A stretch of DNA of 64,000 nt from Eledone cirrhosa (GCA_964016885.1 CAXHJY010000639.1:1-64000), one strand, 5' to 3'; counted from the first letter of the stretch, positions 1-12,527 are shown. Made by a program: numbers and translations. The notes: generated by a model from the letters alone, not told the origin.

Positions 1-681
1 TTCTCACCCACTCTCTCCCTCTACTAGAATCCCCCCTTTTCCTCCCAGAGCTTCTCTTTTTAGTCTCATCTCACCTCTTCGCTGCTTCTCTCATCTTTTT
101 CCCCTTCTCCTCTTTCCTTTCCTCTACTCACACTCCCACCCCTACTCTTCTTTTCTCAATTATCTTCTACTTCCTTCCCTATCCTTCCTTTTCTATTGCT
201 CATCTCCTCACCCCACCGCCACTCCTCAGCTCTCACCTCTCTAATAACCATAAACACAACAACAACAACAATAATGAGAACAACAACAAGAGCAACTATA
301 ACTAGGGCATCCAACCTTTCTATAACAGTTTTGTCTAAACCCCTTCCCCCTCAAAAGACACTGAAGCTTTCATTCCCACTCCCACCACCCACTGCTTTCT
401 GCTACTTGCTGCAGACACTTCCATAATGTTGTGATGTACTAATTCCTCCCCTTCCCAGGCAGAAGAGATGAGTTGAGGAATTAAAACTATCATGTGCTGC
501 TTACAAAATAAGAACAACACTGTCCTATAGTCTTGAAACAAGGAGGATAAAAGTATCATCATCATCATCATCATCATCATTATCATCATCTTCATCTTTG
601 TTGAATGTATGGTGTCTCTGCTAACGAAGGGTGAGGGTTAAACTGAGTGGTCAGTACTCAAATGGAGTTACTGACCTCTGA

Positions 682-1618
682 GATAGGCCATGGGGAGAAG
701 GAGGGTCTGTATCTCACATATGTTCCAGCACTCATTTGATTGCTCCACTCTGACAGGTCAGGGGCTCACAGCTCACTTACATATGATTCTCTGTTCTACT
801 AGGCCACAGGTTCTCAACCCATTTAGGCCAAACGCCCCCTTTTGACCCTCAAAATCACGAAACGCCCCCCCCCCCCCTCCCTCCCTGGCCACCCTATTTT
901 TCCATTTTTCAATATACTACTGATTTTTATATCAGTAGATTACTAAAAAATTGATTAACAATATTCCAAAGATGTGTGTATTATCTGATTATGTGTTGTA
1001 TGTGGTCCTAGATGTGTGTGCTACTCACTTCTGTTTTTTCTTTTCTTTTTTTTATTTGTAATATTATTTATACAATAGTGAATAAAATAGATCTACATAG
1101 TGTTAACTCGTTGCGATTGAGTCAATAATTTCAGACATGAAATACATTGTTATCGGTGAAGGAAAGACAAGATTCTAACTGGCTGCACTCAAAGTGTCTT
1201 TGACCCAGTTGACTGTGGGTTTTTCCATTTTTAGGATCTCAATTACCAGTTAACTTCTCAATTACCGGACATGCCTGCGCTCACAGCTGCGGTCAGACTA
1301 TAGTTATGCTGTCTGCAAGCTCATTCAAATGCATTCACACTGGGTGTCTCAAAGACATACAAATATGGCTTATAAAACTTACCAAAATAAAGAGCTTTCC
1401 AGCGACCCAGCAACCCCCCTCTCCAGCTCCAAACGCCCCTCCCCCTGGAGTTCCGAAACGCCCCCCGGGGGTGCATATGCCCCCCGTTGAGAACCTTTGT
1501 ACTAGGCTATGGGGAGAGGAAGGGTCTGTATCTCACACATGCTCCAGCACTCAATTGATTGCTCCACTCTGACAGGCAAGGGGCTCACAGCTCACATACA
1601 TATGATCCTCTATTCTAC
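682..1618 (+). repeat. ~120-bp direct duplication (682-804 and 1500-1618) split by a MITE
   Basis: Both copies read taggc(c/t)atggggaga..gggtctgtatctcaca..ccagcactca..tgattgctccactctgacagg..ggggctcacagctcac..acatatgat..tct.ttctac. Confidence 0.85.
805..1499. mobile_element. non-autonomous hAT (Charlie-like) DNA transposon / MITE
   Basis: 14-bp TIRs CACAGGTTCTCAAC ... GTTGAGAACCTTTG (13/14 match); perfect 8-bp TSD TACTAGGC at 797-804 and 1500-1507; no ORF. Confidence 0.9.
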
Positions 1619-1814
1619 GAAAATGCATTTCATTATGGCACCAGCACCCTTAATATTAACAGTGGCACATAACTGAAGACTGGTTCATTGGATTCACTTA
1701 AGATACATTCCTAGGGGATAAGAAATAACATTGAGTATATTCTCATCTTGACAGCGATGAGTTGTTAGGACTGACATTAAAAATGCCTTGGTATTTGATC
1801 CAACTAATGTGCTC

Positions 1815-1910
1815 TGTGATTAAATCCTGCCAAGGTCAACTTTACCTTTCATCCTTTCAAGATTGATAAATTAAGTACCAGTGAAGTACTAGGGGGAAGG
1901 GGATTGATGT
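1815..1910 (+). mobile_element. degenerate tRNA-derived SINE fragment
   Basis: aaatcctgccaaggtcaactttacctttcatcctttcaagattgataaattaagtaccagt matches the core of the SINE at 50666-50842. Confidence 0.7.
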
Positions 1911-2059
1911 TTCCTTTACTTCTTTTTACAACTCTCTCTCTCTCTCTCTTTCTCTCTTTACTTCTCATCCAGACAATTTTCTTCTTTTAACATAACTATT
2001 TGGGTGGGCCAGTTATATGGCAACTCAGCTTGATAAAAATTGCGGATATATATATATAT

Positions 2060-2117
2060 ATAGGAAAATGTATGACTCCGACAGCAGAGCTCAAGCCATT
2101 TCGACGGCTATTTCTGG

Positions 2118-2119
<2 letters not shown>
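2060..2119 (+). repeat. single arm of the 27680-27797 palindrome, between (TA)n tracts
   Basis: Near-identical to 27680-27739; differences include CpG>CpA changes. Confidence 0.85.
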
Positions 2120-2190
<71 letters not shown>

Positions 2191-2271
2191 GATAAGCAGA
2201 ACAAGCAAAATTCAACCAATTTTTTAAAATAAATTAAAAAATATAATTTAAATATTTACCTATTCTTTTGG

Positions 2272-2350
2272 CCCTTACCGATCGGTTTCGCTTTGTAAAA
2301 CACCAGAAATCCAATGGATTTCTAATGGAAAATCAAAGCTCATCAGAGAA
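2272..2350 (-). ncRNA. type I hammerhead ribozyme with extended stem II, probably in a Penelope-like pLTR fragment (~2187-2430)
   Basis: Minus strand: ttct CTGATGA GCTTTG..(long hairpin)..CAAAGC GAAAC CGATCG GTA aggg; intact core, stem II, palindromic stem III, GUA triplet. Confidence 0.8.
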
Positions 2351-2429
2351 GCATTTTCCTTTCCTAGGGCTAAAGACCCAGGAACGATAAAATATATTGT
2401 TATCTGCCAGCTAGCACAGATCCAAAAGG

Positions 2430-2464
<35 letters not shown>

Positions 2465-2712
2465 TGTCCAAAACATGGAGACATTGCAAATAAGAGGTAA
2501 GGAATTGAAAACAAATTCTCAAGGCATGATGTTGTTTATCCCCAAGTCAACTTTGACCAAGCAGACCATTTTAGGTAATGTACGATTATAGTATCTATCC
2601 TTATTTAAGATAGTCAAATGTTATTTGAATGAGATTTAGCTGCTATTTCTAGCTGGTCAAATGATAACATAAAAGTGCCCTTGTTGGATCATTGAATAGT
2701 GAAGAGAAGATT

Positions 2713-2898
2713 TACCCCTTTGTGACTGTATTTCATTTAATTAATGGACACTTTTGAGGAATTTACTAATATTATTAATTCATTCATTATTAAGATATTT
2801 GTAACATAACTTAAGAGGTACTTATATATTGAAAGGTTTTAATTTAAATAAGAACCTTTTAAAAGGTAGTTTTGGGCAAGTGGTAGCAAAAGGGTTAA
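2713..2898. mobile_element. degenerate piggyBac-like MITE
   Basis: Ends tt(t)acccctttg ... caaaagggttaa; similar TTAACCCTT/AAGGGTTAA ends near 24210, 39973-40190 and 56200. Confidence 0.45.
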
Positions 2899-3744
2899 AG
2901 TTGACTTGTAAGGCACATATACCTATAGGGACAGAAAATGGGATAAAATAAAGTGTTTAACATGTTGCAGATATTTAGTTTCAGTTTAGTACCACCCCCG
3001 TCTTTTTTTTCTAAGATGTTAGAGTGGGATTTGATAGGAATATAGCTGGAGCAATGTGAATGCTAGAGGGTTAAATCAGAAACCATTTTTAGAAATTTGA
3101 TCACATTATGTAGAGACTTTCTGATTGACTAGTTTGATAGTGGAATGAAGGTTCAAAGTGGACTTTTGCCTGGATCTCATATGCTAAAGTTACAGGGACA
3201 ATAAACAAGGGGTGTCAGGAAATGTTTATTCATGGTGACAGGATTGTGTAAAGACAACTTTTCAGAAAGTGACAGCAGAATGACTATGACTGTACAAGCT
3301 GCCTGACAGAGTGCAAGTTGTAGAACAATTCTATTTTGTGACATCAATCTTATGATGTTAACAACAGAATGAAGGAGGATTGATAGGGTTGTAGTGTTTG
3401 TGGAAGAGATAGAAGTGGTGTTGACAATGATGACAATATCAGAGGAGGGTTGTAGTGCTTGTAGAGGAGATAGGGATGGTGTTGACAATGATAACAAGAC
3501 TTACTGCGCACACAGACGCACGCGCACACACACACACACACAGCAATCATAATGTCAAAAAAAGAATGTAATGATGTTTGTTTGCAGAGTGTTATATGTT
3601 TTTATTAACAGTTTGATATTGTAAATGCACACACACACATATACATATATATATATCTGCATATATGTAAAAATGAAAATATATATAGAGAGAAAATGAT
3701 AGATGTATATATATATGGATTTTAAACGGTGAGGAAGATAATAA

Positions 3745-3890
3745 TTGTTTCTACTTTTGGCACAAGGCCAGCAATTATCTCAGTGTATTACTGGTACTTT
3801 ATTTCATCGACCCCGTAAGGATGAGAGGCAAAGTTAACCTTGGCGGGATTTGAACTCATACCATAAAGGGCAGTAACTCTTTGCTGCAAA
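3745..3890 (-). mobile_element. tRNA-derived SINE, older copy interrupted by a second copy
   Basis: Same sequence as the 20355-20523 copy; (TAA) tail at 3739-3744. Confidence 0.85.
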
Positions 3891-3897
3891 AATAATG

Positions 3898-4111
3898 GTT
3901 TCTTATATAGGCACAAGGCCTGCAATTTTGGGATAGGGGAAAGTCGATTAAATCAACGCCAGTGCATGACTGGTACTTTATTTTATCGACCGCGTAAGGA
4001 TGAAAGGCAAATTTAACCTCGGCGTGATTTGAACTCAGATTATAAAGGGCCGTAACTCTATGCTGCAAAGCATGGCGTCCGAACCTCTACCGATACTGCC
4101 AATCCACCGCC
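3898..4111 (-). mobile_element. full-length tRNA-derived SINE with a ~21-bp TSD
   Basis: Minus strand begins GGCGGTGGATTGGCAGTATCGG (A-box-like) and has GAGTTCAAATC (B box); direct repeat CTCTTTGCTGCAAAAATAATG at 3877-3897 and 4112-4132. Confidence 0.9.
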
Positions 4112-4269
4112 CTCTTTGCTGCAAAAATAATGTTATATATATATATATATATATATATATGTAAATTTCCGTGTAGGGGACAGGGGTAACTACAGCCAAT
4201 GAAAGTACTCATTATATTGGGTTGGTAGCATATAGGCATCTTTATTACATATAGGAATGACTTCTACTG

Positions 4270-4339
4270 GACTAGAACTGTTTCATTTGTATGAAATCAT
4301 CAGGGATAATGATTTTATATGAATGAAACGGTTCTAGTC
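4270..4339. repeat. imperfect palindrome made of two hammerhead-like halves
   Basis: gactagaactgtttcat..aaatcat / atgatttt..atgaaacggttctagtc; minus strand contains CTGATGA..GAAAC. Confidence 0.65.
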
Positions 4340-4379
4340 GTGTATAAGTTCACAGCTCACAAAAACAAGATGATGTAGG

Positions 4380-4574
4380 ATAGAACAATGGAGAGACACA
4401 AAATAACAACAAAAGTAGTCACTTAGGAGGTCACAGAATGTGTGACAAATGAGCTTTGACAATCAACAATTAAACAACCATTTGGTTTATTAAACTAACC
4501 GACTGGAAATTTAAAATAAATTGAAGTGAAAACCAGCAGGTATTTTTATTGGCAGCATGACCCTCCCAAAGTAT

Positions 4575-4577
<3 letters not shown>
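4380..4577 (+). mobile_element. solo pLTR / 3' fragment of the Neptune-type Penelope family
   Basis: Reverse-complement match to 8058-8300 (gaggtcacagaatgtgtgac; attggcagcatgaccctcccaaagtataaca). Confidence 0.8.
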
Positions 4578-4635
<58 letters not shown>

Positions 4636-4779
4636 ATATATATATATATATATATATAAGTATGTTTTGAAACAGCAAGGAAGTTTAAAATTAGAAATAG
4701 AAGCTTCACTGTATTTTTGACTAAAGGAATTTTAGCCTAAGGCCAAAATTTCTTTAATAAAAAAATATATATATATCAT

Positions 4780-5200
4780 CATCAACATCATCATCATCGT
4801 TTTTATATCCATTTTTCTACATTTGTATGGGTTGGACAGATCCTTCTCAGCACAGCATCTCTCCACAAGTTATGTTCCTTCATCATCTCCTCTGCCAGTC
4901 TTAGCGATTTGAGGTCAGCTCTCACAATCACTGTCCAGGTCTTTCATGGTCTTTCTCTTCCATGGCTTCCTTCCACTGGAATTTCTTCACCCAGCACTCA
5001 TTGTCGATGTCCATACCAATGGAGTCTTCTCTCTTGCACACCATCTCGGATTCCCCTTAAACCCAGCTTTTCCCTTAGTTCATCCAGGCTCTGCCTTTCT
5101 TTCACATTTAAATTGTACATCCAGTGAAGCTTGGTTGCTTCATTTCTCTCCAGTCTATGCATGTTCTCTGTAGTCACAGCTCATATTTCATTACCATGCT
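4780..5200 (-). mobile_element. RTE LINE 3' fragment
   Basis: (GAT)n tail; homologous to the RTE ORF end at 10320-10670. Confidence 0.75.
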
Positions 5201-6133
5201 GCCTCACACCTCATACACAGGCGTCATAGATTTGAACTTGGTATGCACAGAACTAGGCCTGATACCACGAAGCACCCTGCCCAACACTTTAACAATTTCA
5301 CCAATCCACTGTCTATGGACTAGTATTTTATTGAACCTGGAAGGATGAAAGGCAAATCTGACCTTCGTAGAATTTGAACTCAGAGCGCAGAGAACTAGAA
5401 TAAACACCAAGGCATTTGATTTGATACTCTAACAACTTTGCCAATTTACCACATAAAGGTAGATGAAAATTGTGAAAATCTTCAAAATACTGGACGCTTT
5501 GCACCAACAGTTGTTGAAGAAAATCCTGAGAAATAAAGAAATCTTCAGAAGAGCATCATCATGAAGATTCCAAGACATGGTGATAGAATGAATAATGTGA
5601 GTGGCAGATCATTAGTAAACAAAAACAGCATTGAGAGGAACTGCAAATGGAAGAAAGAGGATACAGGAGTGACCACAAACCATATGGTACCAATCCTTTC
5701 AAGAGGACCTGGAGGCTGGCAACAGACACAGGGAAAAGTACATGCAATCAATTGAGAAAACTGCAGGAGAGCTTCCACCCAATGTGCAAACATCTGCAAA
5801 ATGGACTACTCAACTCTGTAGTATAGACATATGATGTGAAGGAATGATAAGCAATAGGTGAAAAATTCTATATACTGTTAGTGAAGACAAAGAAAGTCAA
5901 AGAAAGATGTGTTGATGGTCAGATTTCAAAATACTCAGATGAAATAACTAAAGGTTGTGACATGTGATGTTATGCTACAGAGTAGATTTATATAACCTAT
6001 ATTAGTATGTTAAAGTCACAACAGTGGCAGTGAGGGATAGTTGTGGTAATAGTGGTGGTGGTGGTGGTGATGATAATGATAATAGTGAAGTGGAGGAGTA
6101 TGATTATGCCATTATTTTCTAATTATAATCATC

Positions 6134-6263
6134 AAACGTTCAACAACTTTGCATAATGTAATCATCATCATCAACATCAACGTCATCACCATTTAAATTT
6201 TCCAGTGATGACGTTGATGTTGATGATGATGATGATTACATTATGCAAAGTTGTTGAACGTTT
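6134..6263. repeat. near-perfect inverted repeat (56/59-bp arms, 15-nt spacer)
   Basis: 6134-6189 is the reverse complement of 6205-6263 except for one extra GAT unit. Confidence 0.95.
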
Positions 6264-6899
6264 CATTTTCTAGAAAGAAACAAATACTTATAATAATGAT
6301 ATATATATCATATGACTAGAATAGTTTGTAATACAAAAAGTGCCATCAGAATTGGAAATTATACAATTATTTCTCTAGATAGTATAAATATATGAATCTA
6401 TTTTTATATATTCTATTTTGCTTTGGAATAAATGTCATCATCATTGTATGAGTAAATCCTTGCTAGTTTTCATAGGCTTCTAGCTAAACTGTTCAAAGTT
6501 TGTTTCCCATCACAGTTACTGCCTTATGCCTATAGCAAAGGCACAGGTTACCTAACTGTGAAATAGAATAATTGAGTGTGTACAGTTTACTGATATAAAG
6601 AGAAGAACTACTATCCTCAGTCTCTGAACTGCTATTTTCTTCCCCCCAAAATTGAGAGAAGTGCATCTCACCTGAAGATGGAGCACTGTGAGGTAGAATG
6701 GCTGATGCAGCGGATACTGCTGGCTATTCTCCACAGCAATGATTTTGCAATTTTGTTTGCAGAGCACAGCTGAGATATACTGCCTATGCTGGGGTGTAGA
6801 GTTTTCTGTTCCCTGTCCCTTTGCTTTACAAGTCACTTATATCTCAGAATACAAAGATAACCCATACTTCTTCTCCTGTAAACTGACAGAGGAACTTTC

Positions 6900-7250
6900 A
6901 ATACCATATTTCTAATGAAAGATGCTATTGATGATTTTTGAATAATTATGCAAAGGATATGCAAAGGCATAAGAGAAATGAAATGATGAATGTGCATGAA
7001 TGAACTGAGAGGAAAACTGGGTATAAGTGAAATCATGTGTATTGTTCAAAAGAGAAGTCTACACTGATATGTAGTACAGGTAATGCATATGGATGATGAT
7101 CACTGTATGAAGAAGTGCCAAGAAATCCTAATGCAAAGAAACTGCAGTAGTGGAAGACCAAGGTAGATCTGGGCAGAGGTGGTAAGAGCTGATCTCAAAT
7201 CTTTGAAGATCACAAATGATAGATGCCAATCACATATGAGATATAGAATA
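6900..7250 (+). mobile_element. degraded RTE LINE 3' fragment
   Basis: Similar to 39290-39650 and to the reverse complement of 10320-10670. Confidence 0.65.
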
Positions 7251-7434
7251 TTCTGGATCACAAATGATATGTAAATAAAGATATATATTTCAAGATGGTA
7301 AATTGGCACCGCAGTCAGGATTTTACATATCTCTGTACCCATTCTGAATCTCCCCATGCATTGAGTACTCCCATGTTTAATGGTCTCCTTGGTCTCAGCA
7401 CCACAGACTCTCTCTCTCTATATATATATAGATA

Positions 7435-7450
7435 TCTTCTTCTTCTTCTT

Positions 7451-7481
<31 letters not shown>

Positions 7482-7740
7482 GCCCACTTATTCCTTAGAG
7501 GGTTGTGGGGGAAGAATCCTCAAACACTCCTTCTGGTGGGTCCTGTCAGAAGCAATCATCTCTGACTGATCTGGCTGGATCCCCAAGCTCATGGATGTTA
7601 TCCAACCATCTTGCTTGGGGTTTACCTCTGAGTTTCTTGCCGGTTGGCTTTGCCCGTAAAATCTATTCAACGATTCTTTCCTGAGATATTCTAAGCACAT
7701 GCCCATAGAGCTGTGATCTCTCAAGTCCCTTCTTACTGAT
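7435..7740 (-). mobile_element. RTE/Expander-like LINE 3' end with (GAA)n tail
   Basis: Minus frames give LYGHVLR..PTGKKLRGKPQARW..ASDR..LPPQP*; (CTT)n at 7435-7480. Confidence 0.7.
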
Positions 7741-7741
7741 A

Positions 7742-7818
<77 letters not shown>

Positions 7819-8536
7819 TTAGAGACATCCATAAATATATATATATACCTTTCTGTATCTAGCATAATTTTGTTGTATGTATAGTTAGTGCCATCAGTCG
7901 GTTTTCTTGGTATCACAATTTATAACTACGGTGTTAACACTGGACTTTTGTTTTTAATTTTCGATCCATTGAGTTCTTTATGATTGCCTCAAACAAATTG
8001 AATAATACTTGCTGTACTACACCTAAAATTTGATTTACAATTATATATATATGTATATTGTTATACTTTGGGAGGGTCATGTTGCCAATAAGAAACACAC
8101 GCACCAGTTGCTTTCACTCCAATTTATTAGAAATTAAATTATAAAATTAAAAATTTTATAAATTTCCGGTTGGCTGGTTGATTCCACAACCGGATGGTTG
8201 TTCATATATTGTCAAAGTTCTTTTGTCACACATTCTGTGACCTCTTCAGTGACTGGGGATTCTTTTCTTTGTTTTGTGCCTCTCCTTTGTTCTGTCCTAC
8301 GCCATCTTGTTTTTGTGTGTGTTATGTGCTTAGTTTGCGCATGTGTTACATCCGGGTGTCTGTGTGTGTTTTTATTTGTATATTTATTTGTTTATTTACA
8401 TGTTACTGGTTGGTTGTTTGTTCTATATGTGTGTGTTTTCATTTTGTCCTTAATTGTAAGTTGTGATGTTGCTATTTCATTCATGTTTTCTATTTGATTT
8501 TGGTTGGAGTTCATTTATGTTTATTGCCTCTGTGAT

Positions 8537-8983
8537 TTATCTAAACATTGCGTCTTTTCTGTGTGTAGATTTTATTTTTATTTCTATGTTCTCTAATTTG
8601 CCCTTATGTTCTATTCTAGCATGTTGGTGGAGTACTGATGATTCTTTTCTATCTTGAAGCTCTCGCCAGTGTTCATTTAATCGTTCTCCTATACTACGAG
8701 CTGTCTCACCTATGTACACTATATTCTTATCTTTACATTGTCCTTCAGTACATCTTATGCTATATACTATGTTTCTAGTTTTACAGTTAATATGGGGGCT
8801 TAGTTTACAGATTATGCATTTCTTATCTATACAGGGAGGTCTTTGAAAAGGGTATGTATTACTAATAGGTGTTTTTATGGAGGTACCTGGTCTTTCTACT
8901 ATCTTAATATTTAGTTTAAATTTATCTAGGGCCCTTCTAAATTTGTAAGCTAGTTCACCTCTAGGGGTTGTATTGATGAACAT
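8537..8983 (-). pseudogene. Penelope GIY-YIG endonuclease domain
   Basis: CIDKKCIIC..C linker followed by NIVYSIRC..YIGETARSIGERLNEH. Confidence 0.9.
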
Positions 8984-9402
8984 TACACTCTGGTATTTAT
9001 TGCTATATTAACCTTATTCTTAGTTCCTTCTATTCTATTCCAAAATTTGCTCCTATACAATGGGTAGGTCTCATTTGTATCATTATTTACCATTTTTTCC
9101 CATTTGGTTCTGGCTCCTCTATATACTCTGATTTTATCTCTCTGATTGTAACCAGAGAACTGCATACGGTGGATGAAGTGTTGTATGTGTCTCTCTAGTT
9201 CTTCGTGGTTGCACATGCGGGACACGTTCCTCATCACCCGTACTAAATCCGCAATCAGTATGTTGATTTTGGTGTGATCCGAAACAGCTGAGTTTTGGTG
9301 GATCAGATATTTGGAAGTCATGGGTTTGGCATAATGGGAATGGAGGATTTGTTTTTTGTTAGTAATGGTTTCTAACCAGAGCTCTGTGTCTAGTACAGGT
9401 AA
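8983..9402 (-). pseudogene. Penelope reverse transcriptase C-terminal part (frameshifted relative to the endonuclease)
   Basis: LPVLDTELW..HYAKPMTSKYLIHQNSA..RVMRNVS..MQFSGY. Confidence 0.85.
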
Positions 9403-9605
9403 TATATTTCATTTCATTTCATTTCATTTTACGTCCGCTTTTTCCCTGCTTGCAAGGGTGGGACGGGAACTGATACTGGCTTGATTTCTACAGCTGGATG
9501 CCCTTCCTAACACCAACCTCATTTACAGTGAGTACTGGGTGCTTTTTTGCCATGGCACCTCCACAACCACTTTGCAGTGGAATGATAGGGACCTCAGTCC
9601 CTATC

Positions 9606-9748
9606 ATCTCATTTCTACAGCTGAGTAAACTGGAGCAATGTGAAATAAAGTGTCTTGCTCAAGGAAACAACACATCACCCGGTCTGAGAATTGAACTCAC
9701 AACCTTTCGATTGCAAGGCCAATGCTCTAACCACTAAGCCATGTGCCT
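9606..9748 (-). mobile_element. tRNA-derived SINE head (second family)
   Basis: TGGCTTAGTGG (A box), GAGTTCAATTC (B box), then ccttgagcaagacacttt. Confidence 0.75.
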
Positions 9749-9777
9749 CCACATATATATATACATACATACTTACG

Positions 9778-10260
<483 letters not shown>

Positions 10261-10319
10261 GTGGGGGGGGGGGGGGGGGGGGCATATTGTTTATATGCTT
10301 CAGCATGTACCCATGGGAG

Positions 10320-10670
10320 GTCGGGTACCCTGTATTACTGCGTGACGCCAGAAGTCACGGTCGTGTGTCATTGACTTTGAGAGGTGTAGTTGGGTAAGGT
10401 CGGCTTTTATCACCTCATCCCAAGTCATCTTGGGTCTCCCCACTCCGCGGTTTCCATCAACTTCTAGTGCTCTGCACCTTTTTATGCAGCTGTCATCCTT
10501 CATACGCATCACATGTCCATACCAGCGTAACCGCCTCTCCTGCACGCAGCATTTGATTCCTCTTATGCTCAGTCTCTCTCTCAATTCATTTATGCTTTGT
10601 CGTTCACGTATATTACTGTTACACATCCATCGGAGCATGCAGGCTTCGTTTCTCTCTAATCTACGTAAGG
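10320..10670 (-). mobile_element. RTE LINE ORF C-terminal fragment
   Basis: [44 protein letters not shown]. Confidence 0.9.
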
Positions 10671-10678
10671 ATATATAT

Positions 10679-10816
<138 letters not shown>

Positions 10817-10895
10817 AATAGAATGAAACAAAATTTCATTTCTCACTCTTAGTACGGCACTTACTTAAATATAAGTATAAGTACATATACATACT

Positions 10896-10997
<102 letters not shown>

Positions 10998-12451
10998 GTA
11001 AGGAAAGACTGCACCCAAGCTTTTACAAGTCTCCTTAAACTGATGAGATCAATACAGCTGATACTCAACCATCTATAGGTCAATCACTGCTTTAGAAAAG
11101 TTGACAAGGCAGGGAACTGGGGATCTGCTCGAAATATTTTCAACAGAGTGAATATCACTAAAGAAAACCAATGACCAGGTGGTGGAATGGTATCCATGCC
11201 AGAGTTTGCCATAAGCTAAACATACTATTGCTTATGGCTTTGCAGTAATTAAAAGGCATGTATGTTTTCAATTTTAGCTAGACCTTCTGGTATAACAAGG
11301 GGCCTCAAAGCTATATATAGTTTAAGCTCTCACCAAACAGCTGGTGGTGTTAAAATAGTAGACATTTTAATTTATTTCTCCCATTTTAGCCTCCTCTTGT
11401 AGTAGTTGTTGTTGTTGCTATTAAATAATACTCATGATATATTGGATCTAGCAACTCCCTGTTGCACCAATTTATTCAATGGTATGCTTAAGTCACGAAA
11501 ACTGCCATCCTTATGAAAGATAATTGGCTCTACATATTGTTTCAACTAACCTTATTGAAAAATATGAGTAGATCCTGTTCAATCATCAGAAGAATGTTAA
11601 GCATTATGAAAAGAATCCAGCAAGAAAATATTTGTTGCACTATTTCACTCAATCCGCATTAACACAACAACTTGCACTCATATATCTTCATTGATGCATT
11701 TGCACACACTCTCTCACACACAACTCTCTCATACACACTCTCTCACACACACTCTCACAACACACGCACGCACATGCGCACACATTCACATACACACACA
11801 TACACACACACATGCACACGCACACACATGCATTTGTGTGATAGACATACATTTGGATGGCAGACAGAATTTTGTGTGGTAGACAGACTTGATACAATAC
11901 CTTGTTTAATACCTTCACCTGGACTCTTGGATGCTTTTTAGCTGAGATCACTTTATAGCAAGCATTTGTATTAGGTTATCAGTTACAGGGTACCTTCCTC
12001 ATTCCTGCTCCTCAGTTTCGGAGGTCTTGGAAAGGGACATGAACACTGCCTTTCTCTCCCTAACTAAACAGTAGGAAAAAAAATATCTATGTCAAAGTTT
12101 ATATTTACTTATTTTGATTGGATTTGATGTCACCTTTTTTTTATTTAGAAACTACTTAAATATTTGAATTGGTTTTCCCAAAAATGATTAAAGGAAAAAT
12201 CTGATCAAGTAGTATTTGACCTCAGAATATAACCTAGGTGCCAACGAGGGAGCTTCTATGTGGTCAAACAACCTGCTAGAAATAGCAGTTAAATCCTTCT
12301 ATAACCACACTCGACTATCTTAAAATAGAAAGGGCACATTTCACAATAAAGTCCTGAATTTGTAAAAAAAAATTGGGATGGTTAGGGTTATGATCATAGG
12401 TCCTTGGTGGGGGTAGAATTGGAGCTAAACAATGATGACTTGTGAACTAAA

Positions 12452-12480
12452 CGAGAGAGAGCGAGGGAGAGAGAGCGAGC

Positions 12481-12520
<40 letters not shown>

Positions 12521-12527
12521 GAGAGAG
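12452..12527. repeat. (GA)n microsatellite
   Basis: GA run with GC interruptions. Confidence 0.95.

Larger units (their letters stand above)
8058..9402 (-). mobile_element. 5'-truncated Penelope-like element (Neptune-type)
   Basis: RT C-terminus, Cys-rich linker, GIY-YIG endonuclease and a pLTR with a decayed hammerhead. Confidence 0.9.

Noticed and set aside
5540-5810. Possible decayed 3' end of a restriction-like-endonuclease LINE
   Set aside because: Only faint motif similarity (VPI..G.G); too degraded to call.
6672-6875. Minus-strand exon-like segment (tttacag| ... cag|gtgag), 204 nt
   Set aside because: Stops in all three frames, so not a CDS; a non-coding exon cannot be excluded without RNA data.
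9690-9748. tRNA-like sequence
   Set aside because: SINE head without a complete cloverleaf or acceptor stem.
11035-11070. CTGATGA core (also at about 11583, 52500 and 53833 on the minus strand)
   Set aside because: No paired stem II followed by GAAA; chance matches.
11433-11546. Short protein-like minus frame (LKQYVEPIIFHKDGSFRDL..)
   Set aside because: Bounded by stop codons, no convincing splice pair, not recognised.
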